NCBI GenBank assembly: GCA_009991965.1
Contig: JAACWQ010000003.1
Location: 15,274-79,273, forward strand
Length of the DNA: 64,000 bases
Direction: 5' to 3'
From: Minisyncoccota bacterium
GTDB taxonomy: Bacteria > Patescibacteriota > Microgenomatia > UBA1400 > PJMF01
The translations under genes were made by a program, and so were the position numbers. Below are positions 28,675 through 38,412 of the stretch, in pieces; positions within the stretch are counted from its first letter, which is position 1, and every line of letters starts with the position of its first letter. The notes beneath the pieces are model-generated. The model saw only the letters and a list, made by a program, of their open reading frames with translations, did not search any database and was not told the DNA's origin.

Positions 28675-29814
28675 GTGCGAAGGATTTTTATACAAATCAC
28701 ATTTCTAGTACTATTGAGCTTGTCGCCCGTTGAAATTCTGGCGCAAACAAATGTTGTTGTCTCCGAAGTCTTTCCAGCTCCAGACACAGGGGGAAATGAA
28801 TGGGTAGAGATATATAACCAGGCCTCTAGTTCTGCCTACCTCAGCAACTGGACCCTTTCAGACACACTGAGTTCGCCCAGTATCTTGCACCAATTTGTTG
28901 ATTTTGTTTTGGGTCCCTATGAAGTTTTTGTGCTCAACCTCAGTGGCAGCAAACTAAATAATACTGGCGACACTGTTGTTCTGAGTGACCCGAGCGCGAC
29001 TTATTCCGCGACCCTCACCTACCCAAATGCTACCAAAGGATTGTCTTGGCATCTCAACCTCACCACAAACGAAGTATATGAAGCAACGCCAAGCGCAGGA
29101 GTAGTGGCCACGGTTAGTGCGGTTGTTGCTCCAACACCAACTCCTTCTCCTACAGTCACGCCAATTCCAACGCCGACCGCTACTCCAGCAACCATCCTCA
29201 CAAAGCCAGAAGTGAGTCTCTCTGAGATTATGGCCTGCCCAATCTCAGGTCAACCAGAATGGATCAAGTTGTTCAACTCTGGTGAAGCTCTAGAGATTAT
29301 AAATTGGGTTGCAACAGATAGTACAGGCAACACACGCAGATTCTCTGGTGTACTACCCAAGGATAATTACACAATTTTTAGCTGGACAAGTAGTATGCTC
29401 AATAACACAGGGGATAGTATAAAAATCACCACAGATTCCGGCATAGTTGTCGATCAGGCAAGTTACAGCGAGTGCGTTAGTGGCAAAAGCCTCAGTCTCC
29501 TCGGGGAAGTCTGGCAGCCACCACAGCCAACCCCGACTCCAGGAGTTGCTAGCGTTTTATCTACTCTGAACACAACGGCAACACCTGCAGAAACTGGAGA
29601 AGTATTGGGCAGCACAACACGACAAACACCATATCCATACTCGCTCAGAGAATTTGCAATTAGTCATACAGCATCAAGCGCTGGATTACCAACAAAGCAA
29701 TATACTCGAATAACAACTCCACCGAAACAAATACCTTCTTCCTCCAGTGGTATACTGGGAGGTCTACTTTTAATCATAAGCAGTTTGTATGCCCGAGGAA
29801 AATCTTTCATCTAA
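28675..29814 (+). CDS. Cell-surface protein with two lamin-tail-domain (LTD)-like repeats, a Pro/Thr-rich linker and a C-terminal TM anchor
   Basis: It has a GTG start and the signal peptide 'MRRIFIQITFLVLLSLSPVEILA'. The LTD motifs 'NEWVEIYN...NNTGDTVVLSD' and 'PEWIKLFN...NNTGDSIKITTD' are present, plus the 'PTPTPSPTVTPIPTPTATP' linker and a terminal hydrophobic segment. Confidence 0.55.
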   Translation: MRRIFIQITFLVLLSLSPVEILAQTNVVVSEVFPAPDTGGNEWVEIYNQASSSAYLSNWTLSDTLSSPSILHQFVDFVLGPYEVFVLNLSGSKLNNTGDTVVLSDPSATYSATLTYPNATKGLSWHLNLTTNEVYEATPSAGVVATVSAVVAPTPTPSPTVTPIPTPTATPATILTKPEVSLSEIMACPISGQPEWIKLFNSGEALEIINWVATDSTGNTRRFSGVLPKDNYTIFSWTSSMLNNTGDSIKITTDSGIVVDQASYSECVSGKSLSLLGEVWQPPQPTPTPGVASVLSTLNTTATPAETGEVLGSTTRQTPYPYSLREFAISHTASSAGLPTKQYTRITTPPKQIPSSSSGILGGLLLIISSLYARGKSFI

Positions 29815-30190
29815 TATCCGCTTAGCCCTACTTTTACGCGCGTATCTCCCCGTGGTATTTTGGGCTGGATTCATTTTCTATCTCTCGAGCCAACCTATTT
29901 TGCCAGGTTTCTCTGTAGATACCTACGATTTTATTTTCAAAAAAATGGCTCATATCACCGTATATGCGATACTCTATTTCCTGTTCTATAGATCCCAAAA
30001 AATAACAAGTACTGCAGCCGCAGCGGACAAGAGAATTTGGCTGCTGCCATTTTTACTTGTACTCCTCTATGCCGTCAGCGACGAATTACACCAACAGTTT
30101 GTGATGGGTAGATTCGGCACAGCACGCGATGTTGGCTTTGATTTTCTTGGCGCTGGCCTGGCATTTTTAAAACTATACCGATACATCTAG
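29789..30190 (+). CDS. VanZ-family membrane protein
   Basis: It has 4 TM helices with 'SDELHQQFVMGRFGTARDVGFDFLG', which is typical of VanZ-like proteins. It overlaps the LTD gene by 26 nt. Confidence 0.55.
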   Translation: MPEENLSSNIRLALLLRAYLPVVFWAGFIFYLSSQPILPGFSVDTYDFIFKKMAHITVYAILYFLFYRSQKITSTAAAADKRIWLLPFLLVLLYAVSDELHQQFVMGRFGTARDVGFDFLGAGLAFLKLYRYI

Positions 30191-30291
30191 CAAATTGTTT
30201 ACCTACTTGACTTGCCACTTGCTTCCAGTACACTTGGCTTTGTAAGGCTGCTTGTAGTAAATCATGTGCTGAAAATGAAAGGAAGTATCCT

Positions 30292-30567
30292 ATGACAAAA
30301 TCACAGATCATTGCGATTGTTGCCAAAAAGGCACATCTTACTAAAAAAGCATCTTCCGATGCAATTGAAGCGCTATTCGATGAGGTCACACGCTCTCTCA
30401 AAAAGGGTGAGAAGGTTGTTATTTCAGGATTCGGCACTATCTACGTCAGTACAGTAAATGATAAGCAAGTTGTTCCATTTGGCAATGAAGCAAAACGTCA
30501 GACCATCAAATCACATCGTGTGGTAAACCTCAAAGTAGGTAAGCCGCTCAAAAAAGCTGTTTGGTAA
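30292..30567 (+). CDS. hup: Nucleoid DNA-binding protein HU
   Basis: 'ISGFGTIYV' (GFGxF arm) and 'NLKVGKPLKKAV' are present in a 91 aa protein. There is a GGAAG RBS. Confidence 0.85.
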   Translation: MTKSQIIAIVAKKAHLTKKASSDAIEALFDEVTRSLKKGEKVVISGFGTIYVSTVNDKQVVPFGNEAKRQTIKSHRVVNLKVGKPLKKAVW

Positions 30568-30594
30568 ACGACAGATTAAGATTGAACAAAAAAA

Positions 30595-30619
30595 ACACCC
30601 TTGAAAAAGGGTGTTTTTG
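30595..30619 (+). terminator. Rho-independent terminator after hup
   Basis: The stem is ACACCCTT/AAGGGTGT with a GAAA loop, followed by TTTTT. Confidence 0.6.
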
Positions 30620-30631
30620 GTTATACAAAAA

Positions 30632-31447
30632 ATGAATCGCATCGCACAACAATCTAACTTTTACTCTAAAGTTATTCGCTTCAAGTTTATTAAAGCACTT
30701 CAGTGGCGAACTGAAATGATCCTCTGGATTTTGCTCGACATTTTCCCATTTATTATTTTGCTTTTCATTTGGCAATCAGTACTATCACTTTCTGCCTCGC
30801 CAAGTATTTCCCTTCCAGAGCTAACGGTCTTTTACTACTTAGTCATTCTTGTTCAAGGTTTTACTGTCACGCACTTCGAGGAGTATAGGCCAGAAGAAAT
30901 TCGAATGGGGAAAATTGACTTTTTTTTAATCAAACCATATAGCTTCATCCAAGAAATTATTCTCAATGATATCGCCGGCAAACTACTCTACATTCTGATG
31001 ATCTCGCCCTTTCTTGCTCTTCTCGGTTATATCCTGTGGCATCTCGGACTCTTTGCCATACCAGCATTAACCACAATTCATGTTTTGGTTTTTGTCTGTC
31101 TACTCTTGCTTGCGTACATATTACAGTTCTGTCTTTCGTTACTCATAACGATGACAGCATTTTGGTTTGAAGAAGCGCAAGGTCTATCAAACCTGAAAAT
31201 ACTCGTCATTTCTTTATTTAGCGGCACACTCATCCCCTTTGCACTTTTACCAGAGTGGCTACAGAAAGTTACCAACGCACAACCACTCAAGTTTTTGTTT
31301 GCCGTTCCCATTCGTCTCATTCAAGAACAGGCGTTACCTACTGCACAGGACTGGAGCATGTTGTTTGGCACCCTAGCTTTCTTGATTGGGACAATCTTTC
31401 TTTTGTGGCAACGAGGTATTCAGAAATATAGTTCGGCAGGAGGGTAG
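30632..31447 (+). CDS. ABC-2 family transporter permease (type A)
   Basis: It has 6 TM helices and is paralogous to 33255-34046. The start was moved to the ATG at 30632 because the ORF start at 30611 lies inside the hup terminator. Confidence 0.55.
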   Translation: MNRIAQQSNFYSKVIRFKFIKALQWRTEMILWILLDIFPFIILLFIWQSVLSLSASPSISLPELTVFYYLVILVQGFTVTHFEEYRPEEIRMGKIDFFLIKPYSFIQEIILNDIAGKLLYILMISPFLALLGYILWHLGLFAIPALTTIHVLVFVCLLLLAYILQFCLSLLITMTAFWFEEAQGLSNLKILVISLFSGTLIPFALLPEWLQKVTNAQPLKFLFAVPIRLIQEQALPTAQDWSMLFGTLAFLIGTIFLLWQRGIQKYSSAGG

Positions 31448-32244
31448 TGCAAGCGTTTAAAAAATACTGGAAGATATTCTGGCGTTTCCGCAAACTTGAG
31501 TTGATGCGAATGATGGAGTACCGTGGCGACTTTTTGTTTTGGGCGCTTGTTTCTATATTATGGACCGGATTTAATTTCTTCTTTTTTTCACTTATTCTCC
31601 GAGTGTCAGATACCGTGGCAGGCTGGACAGCAGATGAAATGTATCTGCTGCTCGGCACGTTTACCCTACTTGACGCATTTACCTGGACATTCTTCTACCA
31701 AAACATGCAACGATATACCAGACATGTATTTACTGGCAGCCTCACTATGCTGCTCACCAAACCCATCAGCACAATCTTTCTATTAACTACAAGCTCAAAT
31801 AGTTTTAATAATATTTTCCGCTTCTTGATTGGCTGTGCAGCCATCGTTATTTCACTTCATCGAATGGAAATCACGCCATCGATTAGCAGCGTAGTGCTCT
31901 ATTTCTTCGCGCTCATGGCTGCGGCTCTCTTTATTTACGCCATTTGGTTTATGGCTTCGACACTCTCATTTTGGATTGAAAAATTAGACAACATTAATGA
32001 GATCATTCCAGGACTTCGTCGAGTTATGCAGGTTCCTCGAGGCGTGTTTGCTGGAGCTGCGTCAGTGCTCTTTACTGTACTCCTTCCAATCTCATTGGTA
32101 GCGAGTGTACCGAGTGAAATCCTCTTACAAAAAGCAGAGACAAAATGGGTAGTCTGGCTGTTTGTCAGTAGTTTTCTCTCACTCTTGCTTGCTCGAAAAT
32201 TCTTTTACTTCGCAATCAAAAGGTATAGTAGTGTCGGCAACTAA
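31447..32244 (+). CDS. ABC-2 family transporter permease (type B)
   Basis: It has a GTG start overlapping the upstream stop, and 6 TM helices. It is homologous to the fragments at 34043-34442. Confidence 0.55.
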   Translation: MQAFKKYWKIFWRFRKLELMRMMEYRGDFLFWALVSILWTGFNFFFFSLILRVSDTVAGWTADEMYLLLGTFTLLDAFTWTFFYQNMQRYTRHVFTGSLTMLLTKPISTIFLLTTSSNSFNNIFRFLIGCAAIVISLHRMEITPSISSVVLYFFALMAAALFIYAIWFMASTLSFWIEKLDNINEIIPGLRRVMQVPRGVFAGAASVLFTVLLPISLVASVPSEILLQKAETKWVVWLFVSSFLSLLLARKFFYFAIKRYSSVGN

Positions 32245-32265
32245 GCCAGGTATAATAAGGAATCT

Positions 32266-33258
32266 ATGTCACAACCAGTCATCACTGTCTCAAATCTAAA
32301 AAAGCATTTTACTGTCTATAAAAAGCAACCTGGACTACTCGGATCAATCCGATCGCTCTGGCATCGTGAGTACGAAACTGTTGCGGCGGTAGATGATATT
32401 TCGTTCACTATCAATCAAGGTGAAATCGTCGGTTTCATTGGACAAAATGGTGCAGGCAAAACCACGACACTCAAGATGTTATCGGGGCTTCTGTATCCTA
32501 CCAGCGGTTCGGTCTCAGTCCTTGGATACAATCCCTGGAATCGCAAGAGCGCATTTCAAAAACAATTCTCTCTTGTGCTTGGGCAAAAAAATCAGCTGTG
32601 GTGGGATCTTCCAGCCATAGAAACATTCTTACTCAACCAAGCAATCTATGATATTCCCGAGGCACAATTTCGCAAAACGCTCAACAAATTAGTGAACCTT
32701 CTTGATGTCAAAGACAGTATTCAAATCCAAGTGAGAAAACTATCACTCGGCCAACGCATGAAGTGTGAGTTGATTGCGGCGCTCCTTCACAATCCAAAAG
32801 TACTCTTCTTAGATGAGCCGACAATTGGACTCGACGTTGTCATGCAAAAGACACTCAGGGATTTTATTTCTGAGTACAATCGTGAGTTTGGGGCCACTGT
32901 TATTTTGACTAGTCACTACATGGACGATGTCAAAGAACTTTGTAAACGAGTCATCATGATCGACCACGGTAAGAAAATTTATGATGGTCTCCTCAGTAAT
33001 ATCATTAGTAAATACGCGCGAAACAAAACACTTTCGCTCGTATTTAGTGAATCTGTCACAAAGAAATCACTCACTGAGTTTGGCACGGTCAAAAATTGGA
33101 ATGGATCTTCTGCCACACTCCTTGTTTCGCGCAAAGAAGCAACTAAAATTGCTGCTCGCTTACTAGAGTCACTCCCCGTACAAGATCTCAACATTGAAGA
33201 AGCACCACTTGAAGCAATTATTAGAGAAGTGTTTGGCAACAAAGCAAAATCAGCGTGA
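32266..33258 (+). CDS. ABC transporter ATP-binding protein
   Basis: Walker A 'GQNGAGKTTTL', signature 'LSLGQRMKCELIAAL' and Walker B 'LFLDEPTIGLD' are present. Confidence 0.9.
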   Translation: MSQPVITVSNLKKHFTVYKKQPGLLGSIRSLWHREYETVAAVDDISFTINQGEIVGFIGQNGAGKTTTLKMLSGLLYPTSGSVSVLGYNPWNRKSAFQKQFSLVLGQKNQLWWDLPAIETFLLNQAIYDIPEAQFRKTLNKLVNLLDVKDSIQIQVRKLSLGQRMKCELIAALLHNPKVLFLDEPTIGLDVVMQKTLRDFISEYNREFGATVILTSHYMDDVKELCKRVIMIDHGKKIYDGLLSNIISKYARNKTLSLVFSESVTKKSLTEFGTVKNWNGSSATLLVSRKEATKIAARLLESLPVQDLNIEEAPLEAIIREVFGNKAKSA

Positions 33259-34046
33259 ACTCATACTTGAGACTCCTGTCTCTCTCCTGGCAAAATGGGC
33301 TCGTTTATAGAGCGAACCTACTTATGTGGCGGTTCCGTCAGTTTTTGGGCAGCGTCATGTCACTTTCTGTTTGGAGTGTACTCTTTACAAGCCAAACTGA
33401 CCTCTTTGGTTATAACCGATCAGAAATGATTAGCTATATTTTCGTCGCAGCACTTTTGCAGGGTCTCATCCTTGCCTCAGCCCTGCACGGCTTGGCCCAA
33501 AGAATTTATTCTGGGGAAATTAGTACTCTGCTTCTAAAACCAATATCTCTTTTTTCATATTTCGCGGTAGAAGAAATTGCAGACAAAGCGCGAAATGTAT
33601 TCTTTACGATTATTGAAAGTGGCATACTCATCGTGTTGTTTCAGCCTCAAATCATCCTGCCCCCGTCCGAAGTATTCGCCCTCTTTCTTTTATGGGCGCT
33701 CGGTGGAGTGCTTCTCAACTTTTTATTTTCGCTGCTCTTTGGCACACTTGGTTTTTGGAGCCCAGAAACTTGGGGGCCCAAGTTCTTATTTTTTATTTTT
33801 GTTGATTTCTCTGCTGGCAAATTATTTCCACTTAATATTCTTCCGGACTGGCTGCAAAGTATCTTGTTTTTTACGCCGTTTCCCTACCTTACGTTTATGC
33901 AAACACAATTATTTCTGGGCAAGATTCCAGTAGATGAGATTGCTTTTCACTCTACCATCCTACTCATTTGGATTATTTTATTCACTATTGCAAATAAATA
34001 TTTATGGCAAAAGGGCTTGCGTAGCTACGCGGCACAAGGACAATGA
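33255..34046 (+). CDS. ABC-2 family transporter permease (type A paralog)
   Basis: It has a GTG start overlapping the ATPase stop. Its length and TM pattern are similar to 30632-31447. Confidence 0.55.
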   Translation: MNSYLRLLSLSWQNGLVYRANLLMWRFRQFLGSVMSLSVWSVLFTSQTDLFGYNRSEMISYIFVAALLQGLILASALHGLAQRIYSGEISTLLLKPISLFSYFAVEEIADKARNVFFTIIESGILIVLFQPQIILPPSEVFALFLLWALGGVLLNFLFSLLFGTLGFWSPETWGPKFLFFIFVDFSAGKLFPLNILPDWLQSILFFTPFPYLTFMQTQLFLGKIPVDEIAFHSTILLIWIILFTIANKYLWQKGLRSYAAQGQ

Positions 34047-34442
34047 CGCGATTTGCAACCTACTGGCGCGTTTGGCGGCTAACTGCAGCCAACGCACTAC
34101 AAATTGCCTTTGTAAATAGAGGAACAAACCTCTTCTTTCTGCTTGGCAAAGCATTTCGTTTTTTCATGGGTTTGCTCTTTTTATTATTGATCAAGCGAAC
34201 AGTCTCAACGGTCGGCGGCTACTCAAGCGATGAGAGTGACGATCTATAATGAATCAGTACGACTTGTGCTCTTTTTTCTACTTCCCATTGGACTCATGCT
34301 CACTGTGCCCGCTCAGGTATTACTCAACACAGAAGTCAGCGTAACCCTACCTGTCGTATTTGCAATAACTACGACACTGCTGTTCTTGAGTCTAAAATTG
34401 TGGAGATACAGCCTGAAAAAATATTCCAGCGCCAGTAGCTAA
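34043..34442 (+). pseudogene. Remnant of a type-B ABC-2 permease: N-terminal 68 aa and C-terminal 70 aa in different frames, with about 130 codons deleted
   Basis: ORF 34043-34249 aligns to residues 1-60 of the 31447-32244 product (YW..W..., TVGGYSSDE vs TVAGWTADE). ORF 34230-34442 aligns to its last 70 residues (LLPIGL...KKYSSASS vs LLPISL...KRYSSVGN). The frames differ. Confidence 0.6.
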
Positions 34443-34951
34443 CGACGTGGCGATTGGCGAGAACGACGGGCTTTTCCACCCATGCCAATTTTTCTGGTTT
34501 CTTTCATACGATCATCTCGTGTGAGCAAACCAGCTTGCTTTAACAATGTGTGAAATTCGGAATTTTGTTTGTCGATTGCGCGTGACAAACCATGCACTAC
34601 TGCGTCCAATTGTGCTCTGATGCCTGAACCAGAAACTCTGGCCGAAACAGCTATTGCTGCATCTGTGCCTGTGACAGTGAGAGGAAGAGAGAATAATTTT
34701 ACTGCGTGTGCGATGGAAGCAAAGTAGTCTTTTGCCAAAATACCATTGACAGTGAAGTCACCTGCTTTAGAAAAAAGTCGTACTCGAGCAGTTGCTACTT
34801 TTCTTCGACCAATACCTTCGACATACACACCAGTTGGTGCTGGGATAACTGTTTTTTCGGTAACACCGCCAACAGTCTTTTTTTTCTGAGGAATAATACG
34901 CTTCACTACCCGCTGTGCTTGACCTTTTTTCTTTGCTAAACGTAATGCCAT
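34439..34951 (-). CDS. rpsI: 30S ribosomal protein S9 with an N-terminal extension of about 40 aa
   Basis: 'GIGRRKVATARVRL' and the C-terminal 'GGKARRSRQSPRR' are present. Confidence 0.85.
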   Translation of the reverse strand: MALRLAKKKGQAQRVVKRIIPQKKKTVGGVTEKTVIPAPTGVYVEGIGRRKVATARVRLFSKAGDFTVNGILAKDYFASIAHAVKLFSLPLTVTGTDAAIAVSARVSGSGIRAQLDAVVHGLSRAIDKQNSEFHTLLKQAGLLTRDDRMKETRKIGMGGKARRSRQSPRR

Positions 34952-34954
34952 GAC

Positions 34955-35380
34955 TTACTCCTTTGTTGCCAATTGACTCTGATGCGTGTGCTCTGCACCT
35001 GCAAAAATTTTGAGTCGCTTCATTCTCATACTACGTAATTTATTTTTTGGTAACATATTGAAAACTGCTTTTTCAATAATTCGCTCAGGAAACTTGGCCT
35101 GTAGATCTGCAAATTTGATGCTACGGAATCCACCCGGATAGTTAGAGTGAGTGTAATACATCTTCTGTTGTGCTTTATTGCGAGTAACTACGACTTCTGC
35201 AGCGTTGGTCACAACGACAAAGTCGCCCATATCTACATTTGGTGTGTACTCTTTCTTTTGCTTGCCGACCAACAGTTTTGCAATCTGAGTTGCGGATCGA
35301 CCAAGCACAGTTTTGGAAACATCAACAATATGCCACGCACGCGTGACATCTTCTGATTTGGTGATAAATGATTTTTGCAT
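34955..35380 (-). CDS. rplM: 50S ribosomal protein L13
   Basis: 'WHIVDVSKTVLGR' and 'PERIIEKAVFNMLPKNKL' are present. Confidence 0.9.
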   Translation of the reverse strand: MQKSFITKSEDVTRAWHIVDVSKTVLGRSATQIAKLLVGKQKKEYTPNVDMGDFVVVTNAAEVVVTRNKAQQKMYYTHSNYPGGFRSIKFADLQAKFPERIIEKAVFNMLPKNKLRSMRMKRLKIFAGAEHTHQSQLATKE

Positions 35381-35381
35381 A

Positions 35382-35810
35382 CTACTTCTTTACTGTCTTT
35401 TTTACAGGCGCAATCTTTTTTGGTACCTCTGGTTTAAACGTACCTAATCGCTCACGTTGCTCCATCAGACTTACTTTGAATAGAGGTGTTGCGTCTCCAC
35501 GACGAATACCTACTGGCTCAATTGTCGTAAAACCTGAATCACGTTTTGTAAACGTAGGAGCGATCGCGTCAACTAAAGTGTTTACCACATCGTGTTTACC
35601 AAAGGTTTTGTGCAACTCTCTTCTGCTCGCAACTGTGTTCGTTTTTGATTTGATCACGATAGAATCAACTTGACGTTTCAGCTCTTTTGCTTTTGCCTGA
35701 GTGGTTGTGATTGCACCATGCAGAAACAATTGACGCAACAAGTTCTTAAGGAGCGCTTCCCTATGCTTGGTATCTCGATTCAGCTTGCGTTTTGCTACTC
35801 TATGTCTCAT
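35382..35810 (-). CDS. rplQ: 50S ribosomal protein L17
   Basis: The N-terminus 'MRHRVAKRKLNRDTKHREALLKNL' matches L17. Confidence 0.9.
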   Translation of the reverse strand: MRHRVAKRKLNRDTKHREALLKNLLRQLFLHGAITTTQAKAKELKRQVDSIVIKSKTNTVASRRELHKTFGKHDVVNTLVDAIAPTFTKRDSGFTTIEPVGIRRGDATPLFKVSLMEQRERLGTFKPEVPKKIAPVKKTVKK

Positions 35811-35813
35811 GAA

Positions 35814-36788
35814 TTACTCGCCTAAACTGACGCCCTTTTTGATTAATGCCCCATCAACTACAACGACACTCTTTTCGCCGAGGTTTTTGACCTTAGCGAT
35901 AATGTTTTTTGACGTTCCAACTAAGTCACCAACAGTGGCAAATCCACCTTTGCGTAATGCATTTGCGATACGAGTTGGCAAGTCGAGCTCTTCTACGGTC
36001 AGGCGAAGTACTTCTGCTTCTTCTGGACTGAGCATAGTTTCTGGCTCTACAACAGCCTGAGCAGTTGGATTGGTGATTTGTGTAAACTGACGAGAAAGAA
36101 TCTGTGCCGCTTGTTTGACTGCATCAAGAGGGGCAATCGAACCATCGGTGGCAACAGTCATGATTAGTTTATCAAAATCTGTTCTGCGACCGACACGTGT
36201 TGCTTCCACTTTGTATGAAACACTGACAACTGGGGAAAAAAGTGCATCAAGCATAACGTCTCCAACACCAGTACTCTGTGTTTCATCGGAAACCTGATAA
36301 CCAGTGCCAGTACTTGCAGTCATTTCCAAATCGACTGATCCAGTAGCGGCAATTGTCATGATATGTTGATCACCATTTGCAATAGAGAAACCTGCTTCGC
36401 AATCAATATCTTTTGCAGTAACTACTTTTGGACCCTTGGCTGAAAGTCTGAGCACGCCGGTTCCACTGTTTTCTGCAATTACTCGAACGAGCTTGAGGTT
36501 AAGACCAATCTCGAGCACATCTTCGGTAACACCGGGAATAGCACTAAATTGATGATCTACACCTTGTACGCGCAATTGTGTGATGGCTGCACCTGGCAAA
36601 GAGGAAAGGAGTACTCGTCGCATTGCGTTGCCGAGTGTGTGACCATATCCCTGCTCTAAAGGATCGATCGTAATAACCGAAAGTTGGTCATTCTCAGCTA
36701 CTTCACTCAACTCAAAAGTTGGGTTCATCACTGGGTATTGTGTAACATCTTGTAACATAGGTCTCCTTTTCGTTTCTTCTCCTCTCAT
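35814..36788 (-). CDS. rpoA: DNA-directed RNA polymerase subunit alpha
   Basis: The N-terminal domain and the C-terminal 'RLTVEELDLPTRIANALRKGG' (alpha-CTD) are present. Confidence 0.95.
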   Translation of the reverse strand: MRGEETKRRPMLQDVTQYPVMNPTFELSEVAENDQLSVITIDPLEQGYGHTLGNAMRRVLLSSLPGAAITQLRVQGVDHQFSAIPGVTEDVLEIGLNLKLVRVIAENSGTGVLRLSAKGPKVVTAKDIDCEAGFSIANGDQHIMTIAATGSVDLEMTASTGTGYQVSDETQSTGVGDVMLDALFSPVVSVSYKVEATRVGRRTDFDKLIMTVATDGSIAPLDAVKQAAQILSRQFTQITNPTAQAVVEPETMLSPEEAEVLRLTVEELDLPTRIANALRKGGFATVGDLVGTSKNIIAKVKNLGEKSVVVVDGALIKKGVSLGE

Positions 36789-36823
36789 TTGAGAGAATCC
36801 GTTTCTTGAATTTATACTTTTAC

Positions 36824-37429
36824 TTATCTACTGTAGTACTCCACTACCAACTGTTCTTCTACTGGCTCAATTACGTCGGTGCGAACTGGTAAGCGGGTTA
36901 CTTTTGCAGCAATCTGCTTTTTCTCCAACCATTCTGGCTGAGTAGCTTCAGACTCCAGCATATCTTTGATAGCTGGGATCTTGGTTGCTTTTGCGCCCAA
37001 TACAAAGGTGTCGTTTGTTTGTACTTGGTACGAAGAAATATTGTGTCGTTTGCCATTCAGTAAAACGTGATAATGACCCACGAGTTGTCGAGCTGCTGCT
37101 CGTGTTGGTGCCCAACCCAAGCGGAAGACAACATTATCCAATCTGCGTTCGAGCAAAGAGATTAACGTCGAACCAGTAGCCAATTGGCTTGCAGTAGCTT
37201 GTTGATAAAGCTTGCGCAGTTGTTTCTCGGTGATGCCGTAAATATAACGAATCTTTTGCTTTTCTCGCAATTGAATACCAAAATCTGAAAGCTTGCGACG
37301 TCGTTTTGCACCGTGTTGACCTGGACGAATGTTTATCCGTTTTCCAACCTTCAGTGCATTGGATTTAAGAGATAAATCTTCACCAATTTGGCGTGCTAGT
37401 TTGTTTCGTGGGCCGATATGTCTTGACAT
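36824..37429 (-). CDS. rpsD: 30S ribosomal protein S4
   Basis: 'RLDNVVFRLGWAPTRAAARQLVGHYHVLLNGKR' is present. Confidence 0.95.
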   Translation of the reverse strand: MSRHIGPRNKLARQIGEDLSLKSNALKVGKRINIRPGQHGAKRRRKLSDFGIQLREKQKIRYIYGITEKQLRKLYQQATASQLATGSTLISLLERRLDNVVFRLGWAPTRAAARQLVGHYHVLLNGKRHNISSYQVQTNDTFVLGAKATKIPAIKDMLESEATQPEWLEKKQIAAKVTRLPVRTDVIEPVEEQLVVEYYSR

Positions 37430-37431
37430 AA

Positions 37432-37827
37432 TTATTTGTTGTGTTTCGCTTTCCGTGGTCGAGTACCATTGTGTGGAGACGGTGTCATATCTGCAATCAG
37501 ACTAATCCGGATACCTTGTGCTTTCAATACGCGCAATGCAACATCTCTACCTGGACCTGGACCTTTGATAAACAAGTCCATGTTTTGCATGCCAAAAGCG
37601 CGAGCTTTATTGACGGCATTTTCTAGGGTAATCGTTGCAGCGTATGGGGTTGATTTGCGGGAACCAGTGAAACCTGCTTCTCCAGCTGATGACCAACAAA
37701 GTACATTGCCTTGCTCGTCGGTGATGCTCACAAGGGTAGTGTTGAATGTCGCAGTAACATACATGCGACCACTCGAAACCAATCGCGCTTTTTTCTTACT
37801 TACTGATGATTTTGTTGTAGTTGCCAT
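37432..37827 (-). CDS. rpsK: 30S ribosomal protein S11
   Basis: 'FNNTLVSITDEQGNVLCWSSAG...FTGSRKSTPYAA' is present. Confidence 0.95.
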   Translation of the reverse strand: MATTTKSSVSKKKARLVSSGRMYVTATFNTTLVSITDEQGNVLCWSSAGEAGFTGSRKSTPYAATITLENAVNKARAFGMQNMDLFIKGPGPGRDVALRVLKAQGIRISLIADMTPSPHNGTRPRKAKHNK

Positions 37828-37830
37828 ACG

Positions 37831-38238
37831 TTATTTTTTTGAAGTATCTTCTAGTTTCGCTACCATTTCTTTGCTCAGTGAGCCAACAGTCTTTCGCTTA
37901 CCACCGCCACGAGCACTTCGTGAGTTAGTGCGTGTTCGTTGACCACGTACTGGTAAGTGTGCAATATGACGCAATCCACGGTATGCGCGGGTGCGTTTCA
38001 ACCGATCGATATTATCGTTGATCTCTCTTCGCAAATTTCCTTCAGTCTGATATCTATCGAGAGCTCGCTGAATTCTATTTACTTCATCGGTAGTAAGATC
38101 TCTGGTTCGTTTGTTTTCATCGACATGGGCTTCTGCCAAAATGCTCTGGGAACGATTGTCTCCGATTCCAAAAATGCTACGCAATGCATAGCGTATTTTT
38201 TTGTGTTCTGGTAGATCGATTCCAACAATACGAATCAT
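37831..38238 (-). CDS. rpsM: 30S ribosomal protein S13
   Basis: 'MIRIVGIDLPEHKKIRYALRSIFGIG' is present. Confidence 0.95.
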   Translation of the reverse strand: MIRIVGIDLPEHKKIRYALRSIFGIGDNRSQSILAEAHVDENKRTRDLTTDEVNRIQRALDRYQTEGNLRREINDNIDRLKRTRAYRGLRHIAHLPVRGQRTRTNSRSARGGGKRKTVGSLSKEMVAKLEDTSKK

Positions 38239-38241
38239 AAA

Positions 38242-38358
38242 TTAGCTCTGTCTTTGCTTATGCTTTGCATTTGTCTTACACACTACTCGTACTACACCCT
38301 TACGACGAATAAACGTGCATCCGCTGCAGATTTTTTTTAGTGATGTACGTACTTTCAT
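38242..38358 (-). CDS. rpmJ: 50S ribosomal protein L36
   Basis: This gene is not in the supplied ORF track. The reverse-strand translation is [38 protein letters not shown], which matches the L36 consensus. Confidence 0.85.
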   Translation of the reverse strand: MKVRTSLKKICSGCTFIRRKGVVRVVCKTNAKHKQRQS

Positions 38359-38412
38359 CTTTGTTCCTCAAGAGAGGTGAACTATACCAGGTGTGCTCTC
38401 ATTTGAAAAGGC

